A DNA stretch of 29,576 nucleotides from Thermoplasmata archaeon (GTDB taxonomy: Archaea; Thermoplasmatota; SW-10-69-26; JACQPN01; JAJPHT01), in the NCBI GenBank assembly GCA_034667685.1, contig JAXDQU010000038.1, positions 1 to 29,576 on the forward strand, read 5' to 3'. Below the pieces are notes generated by a model. It saw nothing but the letters and a program-made list of their open reading frames with translations. It was not told the DNA's origin and made no database searches. Below are positions 8,505 to 16,332 of the stretch, piece by piece (the first letter of the stretch is position 1; every line of letters begins with the position of its first letter). A program made the translations under genes and the position numbers.

Positions 8505-9583
8505 TCTTCGACACTCTCCTGGAGCTCCTTCAGCTCGGCTTCGAGATGCCAGGGCACCTCGGCGTACACGTCGGTGATCAGCTCGCGAAGCTCCGGCAGG
8601 GGCGTGGCCTCGGCGGCCTCGACGGCGGCCTGGATCTCCTGCTTGGTGCGGTCGACGAGCTCCTTCTCCTGCGCGTCGGACCAGACGCCCTTCTTGACCA
8701 TGTAGTTGCGAAGGCGCAGGATCGGGTCCTTGGCGCCCCAGAACTGGAGGTCGTTGGGGTTCACGTAGCGCTTCGGGTCGTCGCTGCTGCTGTGCGGACC
8801 CATGCGGAACGTGTAGGCCTCGACGAGCGTGGGCCCCTTGCCCGCGCGCGCCTTGTCGGCGGCCATCTTCATCGCGGCGTACACCGCGAGCGCGTCGTTG
8901 CCGTCCACGCGGACGCCCTCGAAGCCGTACGCCTCGGCCTTCTGCGCGTACGTCTCGGAGGCGGTCTGCATGCTGCTGGGCACGCTGATCGCGTACTGGT
9001 TGTTGTTGAGCAGGAAGACGACGGGCGCCTTCCACACGCCGGCGAAGTTGAGGCCGACGTGGAAGTCGCCCTCGCTGCTGCTGCCGTCGCCGAAGCTGGA
9101 GACGGCGATCTGCCTGGTCTTCCGGTACTTCATCGCGTACGCGGCGCCGGCGGCCTGCGGCACGCGCACGGTCAACGGCGAGGAGATGCTGAAGAAATTC
9201 TGGTCGCGGAACGAGAAGTGGTTGGGCATCTGCCGGCCCTTCGTCATGTCCTTCGCGTTGCCGTAGAGCTGGTGGACCATCTGCTCGATGGTCGCGCCGC
9301 GCAGCAGGGCGACGCCCGGGTCGCGGTAGTGCGGGAACCACCAGTCGGTGCTCTCCAGCGCGGCGGCGCCGGCGACGTGCACGGCCTCCTGCCCCTCGCT
9401 GCCGATGTAGAAGCCGATGCGCCCCTGGCGCTGGAGGTTCATGCCGCGCTCGTTGAGCATGCGGACGCGGACCATCGTGGCGTACATCGCCCGGAGCTGG
9501 TCGTCCTTCAGGTGCGGCTCCCGGTCATGGTGCCAGTCGGAGCCGTCGCCCTTCAGCACGGTCTGGATCTCGTACTTCGACAT
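8501..9583 (-). CDS. pdhA: 2-oxoacid dehydrogenase E1 alpha subunit (BCKDH-like motifs)
   Basis: QRQGRIGFY, GRQMPNHF, TPP motif FGDG...NNQYAIS, and HSSSDD loop. Confidence 0.95.
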   Translation of the reverse strand: MSKYEIQTVLKGDGSDWHHDREPHLKDDQLRAMYATMVRVRMLNERGMNLQRQGRIGFYIGSEGQEAVHVAGAAALESTDWWFPHYRDPGVALLRGATIEQMVHQLYGNAKDMTKGRQMPNHFSFRDQNFFSISSPLTVRVPQAAGAAYAMKYRKTRQIAVSSFGDGSSSEGDFHVGLNFAGVWKAPVVFLLNNNQYAISVPSSMQTASETYAQKAEAYGFEGVRVDGNDALAVYAAMKMAADKARAGKGPTLVEAYTFRMGPHSSSDDPKRYVNPNDLQFWGAKDPILRLRNYMVKKGVWSDAQEKELVDRTKQEIQAAVEAAEATPLPELRELITDVYAEVPWHLEAELKELQESVEE

Positions 9584-9641
9584 AGGCCGGCACGCGATGA
9601 AAACGGAGGGGGTTCAAAAGCATTCCCTCCCCTGTGGGAGC

Positions 9642-10508
9642 GTGCGAGCCGCCCCACTGCTTGCGATGCTGCTCCTCGCGCCCCTCGCCGCGGCGCAGGT
9701 GCCCGATCCGATCGTCGTCCACGCGGACGCGCTCCCGACCTCCGCGCCGCTGCGCGAGCCGGTGCGCGCCCCCTTCACGCTGGACGTCTCGTGCGTCGCC
9801 GTGGGCCCGGACGGCAAGCCGCCGACGCTCCACGTGGGCGTCGAAGGGCCCGCGTGGGCGATCCTCGCCGCGACGCCTTCGTCCTTCACCCCCGACCCGG
9901 CTTCGTGCGATGCCGGGCGCGCCACGTTCACCGGCGCGGTGGTCGTCGCCACGACGGCGGACGCGCCCGCGTGGACGCCCGCGCCCATCACGCTGAGCGC
10001 GTGGATGATCGGCGCGCAGGGGAACGTCTCCGGGCGCGCGACGACCAACGTCACGGCGTCGTTCTTCTCCGTGCTCGACGTGAACGTGCAGGAGGCCGTC
10101 GCGACGACGCGCCCCGGCCAGGCGCACGAGTTCCACGTCCGCGTCACGAACCACGGCAACGACGCGACGCGCGTCCGGTTCGCGAAAAAGGATGCGGGCT
10201 CCGGGGTCGCGGTGACGCTGCCGGAGCCCTTCGTGCTCGCCCGCGCCGGCGCGGACGCGTCGCGCGACGTCGTGGTGCTCGTCACGCCGATCGGCGGAGG
10301 CGCGCTCACGAATCGCGTCGACAGCGTGGACGTCGCGATCGCCTCGGAGGACGATCACGCGCCGGCGGCGCCGGGCGACGGCTCGAACGTCTCGTTCGTG
10401 CTCACGACGCGCGGCGCCGTCACGCCAGCGCCCTCGCCCCTCGCGGCGATCGCGGCGCTGGCGATGGTGGGCGCGCTCAGACGACGGCGTTGTTCGCGAG
10501 CTTCGTAG
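9642..10508 (+). CDS. Secreted surface protein with PGF-CTERM-like sorting tail
   Basis: Signal peptide (V/M)RAAPLLAMLLLAPLAAA; beta-rich Ig-like body with VTNHGN; C-terminal TPAP, TM helix and RRRR. Confidence 0.75.
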   Translation: MRAAPLLAMLLLAPLAAAQVPDPIVVHADALPTSAPLREPVRAPFTLDVSCVAVGPDGKPPTLHVGVEGPAWAILAATPSSFTPDPASCDAGRATFTGAVVVATTADAPAWTPAPITLSAWMIGAQGNVSGRATTNVTASFFSVLDVNVQEAVATTRPGQAHEFHVRVTNHGNDATRVRFAKKDAGSGVAVTLPEPFVLARAGADASRDVVVLVTPIGGGALTNRVDSVDVAIASEDDHAPAAPGDGSNVSFVLTTRGAVTPAPSPLAAIAALAMVGALRRRRCSRAS

Positions 10509-11109
10509 GCTCGACCGTCATGCTGCGCTTGCCCACGAGCGCCTTCGCGACGCCGTTGTTCGTCGAGGTCTGCGTGAGCAGGGCCTTGAGCTCCACGGTG
10601 TGCTGGCCGGAGCCGAGGTTCAGCGAGGTCCACTGGAAGGAGTTCGCCGAGCGGGTCTGGATGAAGCTCGTGATGGTCGCGTTGTTGTCCACCGTGAAGC
10701 CCGAGGTGGTCTGCTGGTGCGCGCGGTTGCAGAAGACGACCTTGCCGGCGTCGGCGCCGGTGTCGTCCCAGCCCACCGGGACGGGGTGGCCGTCGATCTC
10801 GATCCACGCGACGACCTGGCCGAAGGCGCTGGAGTCGTCGTTGCCCGTCGTGGTGACCGAGGTGAGGATGTCGCACTCCATCGACGCGGTGATGACGAGG
10901 TCCTCGGGGGAGGAGGTCTTCATCTGGCCGGAGAGCAGGGTGACGACCTGGCCGGGCTGCGAGTAGGCCACGGCGCTGCCGGCGGCCGCCATCTTGTCGG
11001 CGGGCTGCGCGTTGCTGTCGGCCCCGGCGAGGGTCGCGGCGTACATGCCGGTGGCGAACGCGAGCGCGAAACCGACGGCGACGACGGCCTTGAGGGACTT
11101 GGGGGACAT
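10477..11109 (-). CDS. Secreted beta-rich hypothetical protein (210 aa)
   Basis: Signal peptide, Thr/Ser/Asn-rich mature region with two Cys, strong codon bias; 32-nt convergent overlap with the previous gene. Confidence 0.8.
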   Translation of the reverse strand: MSPKSLKAVVAVGFALAFATGMYAATLAGADSNAQPADKMAAAGSAVAYSQPGQVVTLLSGQMKTSSPEDLVITASMECDILTSVTTTGNDDSSAFGQVVAWIEIDGHPVPVGWDDTGADAGKVVFCNRAHQQTTSGFTVDNNATITSFIQTRSANSFQWTSLNLGSGQHTVELKALLTQTSTNNGVAKALVGKRSMTVEPTKLANNAVV

Positions 11110-11198
11110 GGGGTCGAAACCTCAGGCTGGAGAAAATGCGATCACGAATCGACGTTTCGCCTACGCAGCCCCGCGCGTGCCCGCCGCCGCCCGCTTCC

Positions 11199-11438
11199 TC
11201 AGACCTTCAGCGCGACGTGCTTGTTGCCCTGCCACTTGTGCAGGAGCCCCTGCTCGTCGACGATCTTCTCGTTCCGCTGCCCGCAGCTGAGGCACCGGAA
11301 GCTGTACTCCATGCTGGGCTTGAACTCGCCCCGCGCGGCGGCCATGGGGCTGCCCGCGACGCGCCGCTCGCGGATGAACTCCTCGTGCTCCCCGACCTTC
11401 TCGCACTTGGGGCACTCGCCCCGGAACCGCGCGCTCAC
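11199..11438 (-). CDS. Small zinc-ribbon protein (79 aa)
   Basis: CPKC...CLSCG; GTGA overlap with the upstream gene. Confidence 0.75.
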   Translation of the reverse strand: MSARFRGECPKCEKVGEHEEFIRERRVAGSPMAAARGEFKPSMEYSFRCLSCGQRNEKIVDEQGLLHKWQGNKHVALKV

Positions 11439-11938
11439 GCCCGGCGCACGGGGGCGTTCGGGCTTGAGGCTGTCGCGCGCTCGCGCGCCGCCTTCCCCTC
11501 GACGCGGAAGAACGCCACGTACACGGCGCCCAGCACGAGGCCGAAGACGACGTGCCCGGCGAGGTCGAAGAGCGCCGAGCGCGTCAACGCGAGGGGGACG
11601 CCGGCGAGCGCGTGGAGCGCCAGGAACCCGGCGAAGAGCCACAGGAGGACGCCGAACCCGACCGCGAGCGGGATCGTGCGCGCGGGGTGCCAGGGCGCGA
11701 CGACCGCGCTGAAGACGAGGCCGAAGACCGTCGCCGCGGCGAGGTGCGTGCCCCAGACGGCGAGCGGGTTGTCCGTGCGCAGCACGGTGGCGATCATGCC
11801 CGCCATGCCGTCGGGCGCATACGGGCCGCGGAGCAGCTGCGCCGTGATCAGCAGCGCGAAGGCCAGGCCGCCCGCGGCCCCCGCGAACGCGCCGGCGGCC
11901 AGCCGGGGGCCGGAGAGCCGAGGACGAGACTCTAGCAT
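11435..11938 (-). CDS. 4-TM membrane protein with intramembrane His
   Basis: MLESRPRL...GAFAGAAGGLAF...WGTHL...LAGHVVFGLVLG. Confidence 0.75.
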   Translation of the reverse strand: MLESRPRLSGPRLAAGAFAGAAGGLAFALLITAQLLRGPYAPDGMAGMIATVLRTDNPLAVWGTHLAAATVFGLVFSAVVAPWHPARTIPLAVGFGVLLWLFAGFLALHALAGVPLALTRSALFDLAGHVVFGLVLGAVYVAFFRVEGKAARERATASSPNAPVRRA

Positions 11939-12022
11939 GCCCGACTCGTGGCGCTCACCATGCTTACGGCCTCGCTTTTCCAGGCCACAAGGGATTTGGT
12001 GGAGGCCGCTCGTCGAGACGCC

Positions 12023-12385
12023 GTGGCCCTGCCGCTGGACGCCTGGAGCCTCGTGCTCATCGGCCTCGCGGTCGCGCTCTTCGCCACCGTCGGGCTCGTC
12101 CGCGTGCTCGGCCGTCCGCGCGGCGCGCCCGAGCCGGTCAAGCCGATCGAGGTCCCGCCCGAGGAGATCGAGCTGCGCGAGGGGCCCGTCTGGGCGTGCA
12201 TGCGCTGCGGCAACCCGAGCCTGCGCAACCCGCGCCTCTCCGAAGGGCTCGTGCCCGGCTTCGGCGAGGGGCTCGTCTGGGTCTGCCCGCGCTGCCGCTT
12301 CCGGGGCCAGCCGCTCGTCTTCGACGACGCGACCGCCTACCGGCTCTTCGTGCAGGGGCTCAACGAGGACGCGAAAGCGCGCTAG
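12023..12385 (+). CDS. Membrane-anchored zinc-finger protein (start uncertain)
   Basis: One TM helix, then CMRCG...CPRC. Confidence 0.7.
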   Translation: MALPLDAWSLVLIGLAVALFATVGLVRVLGRPRGAPEPVKPIEVPPEEIELREGPVWACMRCGNPSLRNPRLSEGLVPGFGEGLVWVCPRCRFRGQPLVFDDATAYRLFVQGLNEDAKAR

Positions 12386-12465
12386 GCCCACGCGCGCTTG
12401 CCGAACTTCCTGGCGAGCCACATCGAGCGGTGGTAGGCACGGGAGGGCGCCTTGGGGAGAGGCAT
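12382..12465 (-). CDS. Putative 27-aa basic microprotein MPLPKAPSRAYHRSMWLARKFGKRAWA
   Basis: ATG at 12465; TATA-like TTATGA about 25 nt upstream; stop shares CTAG with the convergent gene. Confidence 0.45.
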   Translation of the reverse strand: MPLPKAPSRAYHRSMWLARKFGKRAWA

Positions 12466-12550
12466 CGGAGCCGCATCGGCCCCAGGTGAATCATAACTGT
12501 TCTGGGTCGATCGGCGGTGCCGTTTTCCGGCGCGCCCGCGTTCGCGCCGC

Positions 12551-12934
12551 GTGGACGAGTTCCCGCCCGGCTCCGGCGCCTTCGCGCGCACCCTGGACGC
12601 CCGCCTCGCGGCGCCCGCGCAGATCACGATGAGCGCGGCCGACGCGCACCTCAACGGCAACGGCATCGTCCACGGCGGCGTGCTGATGAGCCTGCTCGAC
12701 ATGGCGATGGCGAGCGCCGTCACGCAGACGCTGGCGCCCGACGAGCGCGCCGCCTCGATCCAGATCCAGACGAGCTTCCTCAAGGCCAGCAAGGCGGGCG
12801 GGCTGAGCGCGGAAGGGCGCGTGGTGCGCCGAGCGCGCACGCTCGCGTTCGCGGAGGGCGAGGTGCGCGATGCCGAGGGAACCGTGCTCGCGCGCGGGAA
12901 CGGGATCTGGGCGATCACGCCGAGGCCCGGCTAG
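12551..12934 (+). CDS. PaaI-family hotdog thioesterase
   Basis: HLNGNGIVHGGVLMSLLDMAMA motif. Confidence 0.92.
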   Translation: MDEFPPGSGAFARTLDARLAAPAQITMSAADAHLNGNGIVHGGVLMSLLDMAMASAVTQTLAPDERAASIQIQTSFLKASKAGGLSAEGRVVRRARTLAFAEGEVRDAEGTVLARGNGIWAITPRPG

Positions 12935-13323
12935 GGCTGGCGCGCGCGCCGCTGCATCACGCCCGCCGCGCCCAGGATGAGGCCGAGCCCGACGAGGATC
13001 ACGATGAGCACCTTCCAGATGCGGTCGAGGTCGGTGGCGAAGAACGCGATGGCCGCGCCGAAGGTCGCGATGGCGCCCAGGATGTAGAGCGCGTTGGTGA
13101 CGCGCAGCCAGCGCCAGCCGTGGGCCGCGATGACCTCGTCGTCGCCCTGCGCGTCGAAGTGGACGCCCAGCGCGACGAAGAGCACGGCGAAGAGCGCGAG
13201 GTCGAGCACGCGCCCCCAGTTGCTGATGACGTCGGAGAACTCCGTGGCGAAGTAGACGATGCCGATGGTGGTGAGCACGATGCCCAGGAGCACGAGCACG
13301 TTGCGGAGGTTGACGGCGCTCAT
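12931..13323 (-). CDS. 4-TM membrane protein (130 aa)
   Basis: MSAVNLRNVLVLLG...; ATGA coupling with the upstream gene. Confidence 0.75.
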   Translation of the reverse strand: MSAVNLRNVLVLLGIVLTTIGIVYFATEFSDVISNWGRVLDLALFAVLFVALGVHFDAQGDDEVIAAHGWRWLRVTNALYILGAIATFGAAIAFFATDLDRIWKVLIVILVGLGLILGAAGVMQRRARQP

Positions 13324-13799
13324 CCGCTCGCCTCCAGCTGGAAGGTGCCGTAGAGCTGGGCGGATCCCGCGGTGACCTCGACGTTCGCGAAGGTGCCCGG
13401 CGGCGCCCCCGCGACCTTGGGCTGCGCGTCGCGCCACGTGCTCGTGGGGATGCTGAACGTGACCTCGCCCTCGCCGCGCGGGGGGGAGCTGAGCGTGCCG
13501 TGCGCGAAGCTCGCGCCGTTGACGGTCGCCTCCCACGGCGTGGACGAGGGCCACAGGTAGCCGTTGGTCTCGCGCAGGCGGAAGTCGACCGCGCCGGCGC
13601 CTGAGACGTTGATCGTGGGCTGCGCCACGGGGCGCGCCACGCCGCCTTCGCTGGCCGACGTCGCGATGGCGTGCCAGCCGCCCGCGCCGTCCTTCACCTC
13701 GAGCACGTAGGAGCGGTTCATCAGCGCGTCCGCGCCGATGCTCACCACGAGGAGCGCGCCCGCCACGAGCGCGACGAGGAGCGGCCGCGAAAGCGCCAT
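13320..13799 (-). CDS. Membrane-anchored or secreted beta-rich hypothetical protein
   Basis: N-terminal hydrophobic helix followed by an Ig-like composition. Confidence 0.7.
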   Translation of the reverse strand: MALSRPLLVALVAGALLVVSIGADALMNRSYVLEVKDGAGGWHAIATSASEGGVARPVAQPTINVSGAGAVDFRLRETNGYLWPSSTPWEATVNGASFAHGTLSSPPRGEGEVTFSIPTSTWRDAQPKVAGAPPGTFANVEVTAGSAQLYGTFQLEASG

Positions 13800-13848
13800 G
13801 CTATCAGCACGCCCGGGAGCGTGGATAAGGCTTCGCTAAGTCCTGGGC

Positions 13849-14394
13849 TCAAAGCCCCATATCTTGGAGGCGCAGCTCCTTGCGCTTGCGCTCCAGGAAC
13901 TTGTAGACCGTTCCGTGCGACGCGCCGTTGAGCAGCATCTCGACGGCCTCGCGCGCCATGGCGACCTCGTTGACCTCGCCGATGATCGCCACGGTCTTGC
14001 CCAGGATCGACACCTCGACGCCGCAGGCCTCCTCGATCGATCGGCGCGTCTTGCCGTGCGTCCCGATGATGCGGGCCCGCACGCGCTCCAGGTCCTTCGT
14101 CGCCTTGCCCACGAAGTCGGTCAGGTCGAGCACGTCGAGGTACGTGTCGTCCTGGTAGAGGCGCATGGCGTGGTCGGGGCTGAAGCCGCGGCCGATGGCG
14201 CGCACCGCGTCGCGCGTCTTGAGCACGAGGATCGGCTCAAACGCCTTGCCGTCCTCGATCTCGACCTCGCCGGTCTCGGAGTCGACGTGGATGCGGCACC
14301 CGCTGCGGGCCTCCAGCTCCTCCTTGGTCTTGCCCTCCGGGCCGATGAGCGCGCCGACGCGGTTCTGCGGGATCTTGACGATGTGGACGACCAT
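13849..14394 (-). CDS. dim2: KH-domain pre-rRNA processing protein (archaeal Dim2/Pno1)
   Basis: RVGALIGPEGK and RIIGTHGKTRR KH motifs, AIGRGFSP; conserved position after rio1. Confidence 0.93.
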   Translation of the reverse strand: MVVHIVKIPQNRVGALIGPEGKTKEELEARSGCRIHVDSETGEVEIEDGKAFEPILVLKTRDAVRAIGRGFSPDHAMRLYQDDTYLDVLDLTDFVGKATKDLERVRARIIGTHGKTRRSIEEACGVEVSILGKTVAIIGEVNEVAMAREAVEMLLNGASHGTVYKFLERKRKELRLQDMGL

Positions 14395-14396
14395 GC

Positions 14397-15341
14397 CTAT
14401 TCTTCCTCTTCGTCCGCCTCTTCCTCGCGCGGCGGCTTGTCGATGGGAACCGCCGCGCGCGCGGGGGGCGCGATCGCCTTGAGGGTCTCCTCGGGCGTCA
14501 CCTTCAGCCCCTGCTTGCGGAAGTACGTGGAGATGTTCTTGGCGTCGCGCACCAGCAGGTCGCGCGCCATCGGATGGGATGATAGCACGGCCTGCGCGAC
14601 GTCGATGACGATGGGCTCGCCCCCCTCGGGGTGCAGGATGTTGAACTCGCTGAAGTCGCCGTGCACCAGGCCGCCCTGCTCGCTGCCCAGGCGGTACTGC
14701 CCGATCAGCGTCTGGTAGAGCGCCTTCGGATCGTCGTATGGCGCGTCCTTCAGCCGCGGCGCGGGGGCCCCGTTGGTCCCCACGAACTCCATGAGCAGCA
14801 CGTTCTGGCGCCACGCGATCGGGTTGGGCACGCGCACGCCGGCCTCGACGTAGCGCTGGAGGTTCTTGTACTCCTTCTGCGCCCAGACGTACACGATGTC
14901 GCGCCGGTTCGGGCGCACGTTGCCGAAGCGCGGATCGCCCGCGATGTAAGTCATGAAGCTGCGGAACGTCGCCGTGTTCGTGCGGAAGATCTTCACCGCG
15001 AGGCTGCCGCCCTGCGGCGTCGTCGCGTGGAACACGTTGGCCTCCTTCCCCGTCGAGACCGGATAGTCGATGGTCTCCAGGAAGCCGTTCGAGATCATCT
15101 TGTAGAGCACGAGCAGCGTGCTCCGGTCGAAGACCTCGTCGAGCGTCTTGCGGTCCTCGTCCTCGCGCTTGACGCTCTCCGTCTTGCGCGCCTCGAGGCT
15201 GCGCAGCACGACCTCCTGCCAGTCCTCCGGCAGGTCGGAAAGGTCGGGGACCTCCTCCGCGGGGGCCGGGCGCGTGATGCGCTCGTCCTCTTCCTCGTCG
15301 TCGTCGGGCGCGAAGCGCTCGCGTGCCTCGTGCCGGGGCAT
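14397..15341 (-). CDS. rio1: RIO1 atypical Ser/Thr kinase
   Basis: STGKEANVFHA, AVKIFR, WAQKEYKNL, LVHGDFSEFNIL, IDVAQAV. Confidence 0.96.
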   Translation of the reverse strand: MPRHEARERFAPDDDEEEDERITRPAPAEEVPDLSDLPEDWQEVVLRSLEARKTESVKREDEDRKTLDEVFDRSTLLVLYKMISNGFLETIDYPVSTGKEANVFHATTPQGGSLAVKIFRTNTATFRSFMTYIAGDPRFGNVRPNRRDIVYVWAQKEYKNLQRYVEAGVRVPNPIAWRQNVLLMEFVGTNGAPAPRLKDAPYDDPKALYQTLIGQYRLGSEQGGLVHGDFSEFNILHPEGGEPIVIDVAQAVLSSHPMARDLLVRDAKNISTYFRKQGLKVTPEETLKAIAPPARAAVPIDKPPREEEADEEEE

Positions 15342-15346
15342 GGCCC

Positions 15347-15766
15347 TTACTCCGTGTCTTCGAGCGGCTCCTCGGACTCGGGCTCTTCGGCGGCAGGAGC
15401 GCCGCCGCCCGACGAGGTCTGGAAGACGTCGATCTGCTTGGGGATCATCTCGCGGCGCGAGAGGTACTCGGCCTGGGTCTTGGTGTAGCGCCACACGACG
15501 TCGGCCTTGTCCTGCTGGAACTCCCAGGGCTTGATGATGACGAGGTCGCCCTCGCGGATCCACATCCTGCGCTTCATCTTGCCCGGGATGCGCGCGAGGC
15601 GGCTGATGCCGTCCTCGCACATGACGTTGAGACGGCTGCCGCCCACGAGCTGGTCCGCAATGCCGAAGAGCTCGCCCTGCTTCTTGTCGGGCATCCGCAC
15701 GCGAAGGTTGCCGCCCGCGGCGGCCTCCGCGTTGAACTCCTCGTCGGCCTTGCGATAGTTGACCAT
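15347..15766 (-). CDS. eif1A: Translation initiation factor aIF-1A
   Basis: RLARIPGKMKRRMWIREGDLVIIKPWEFQ...KADVVWRY. Confidence 0.97.
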   Translation of the reverse strand: MVNYRKADEEFNAEAAAGGNLRVRMPDKKQGELFGIADQLVGGSRLNVMCEDGISRLARIPGKMKRRMWIREGDLVIIKPWEFQQDKADVVWRYTKTQAEYLSRREMIPKQIDVFQTSSGGGAPAAEEPESEEPLEDTE

Positions 15767-15799
15767 CTGGGGACCTAGCCGGCGCTAAGCGGGCTTCCG

Positions 15800-15806
15800 T
15801 ATATAA
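15800..15806 (-). promoter_or_regulatory. TATA box of the aIF-1A/rio1/dim2 operon
   Basis: TTATATA on the minus strand, 34-40 nt upstream of ATG 15766. Confidence 0.7.
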
Positions 15807-15824
15807 TGGTTCCAAGCCCGTGCG

Positions 15825-15904
15825 CCCTCTTTCGAGCCCGCTTCCGATTCCGAGCCCGGCGGACGCGAGCAGGGCTCGGGCTCGGAAGCGGGCTCGAAAG
15901 AGGG
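15825..15904. repeat. Long hairpin built from hexamer units (element E), possible terminator or REP-like element
   Basis: Perfect 23-bp inverted repeat 15825-15847 / 15882-15904 plus inner CGAGCCC/GGGCTCG; begins 2 nt past the stop at 15907. Confidence 0.8.
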
Positions 15905-15906
15905 AC

Positions 15907-16332
15907 CTACGCGAGCAGGGCGCGGAGCGACGTCGCGAGGTCGGCCGGCGCGTCGTACGCCACGAGCCTCTGCCACGGGCTCGGGTTGCCGGCCAGCATC
16001 GGGCTCAGGTTGGCTCGCGCGTCGCGCCGGCACGCGAGCACGCAGAGGCGCCCTTTCGCCAGCATCCACGCGACGCACCAGGCCGCGGTCGCGCCCTCGT
16101 GCGTGATGTCGGCGGCGAGCGCGTCGGCCTCCAGCATGCGGTCGAGCGTGGCGAGGAACACGTTGCGCTCGGCCTGGGCGAGGGGCGCGGCGTGGAGCGC
16201 GCCGAAGGGGTCGTTGATCACCTCGTGGCCGGCGTCGTGGAGCGCGGTGACGAGCGCCTTCTGGGCGGCCTCGTCCGGGCCGGGCACGACGAAGAAGCGC
16301 AACGCGGGCGCGAGGCCGAGCGCCGGTTTCAC
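15907..16332 (-). CDS. Divergent nucleoside 2-deoxyribosyltransferase/DNPH1-fold protein
   Basis: EADALAADIT...KGRLCVLAC...LSPMLAGNP resembles DNPH1 ADVVVAEVT...LSAMIRG (recalled); GTGA overlap with the upstream gene. Confidence 0.6.
   Translation of the reverse strand: MKPALGLAPALRFFVVPGPDEAAQKALVTALHDAGHEVINDPFGALHAAPLAQAERNVFLATLDRMLEADALAADITHEGATAAWCVAWMLAKGRLCVLACRRDARANLSPMLAGNPSPWQRLVAYDAPADLATSLRALLA

Noticed and set aside
6757-9341. Apparent long N-terminal extensions or fusions of the SDR and E1-beta in the ORF track
   Set aside because: True starts are at 7530 and 8504, overlapping upstream stops; the extensions are off-frame readings of the upstream genes.
8546-10966. Long antisense or alternate-frame ORFs (e.g. 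8546..10966, 16335..18422, 18668..21148, 26452..28245)
   Set aside because: Shadow frames of well-supported genes, expected from stop-codon scarcity at high GC.
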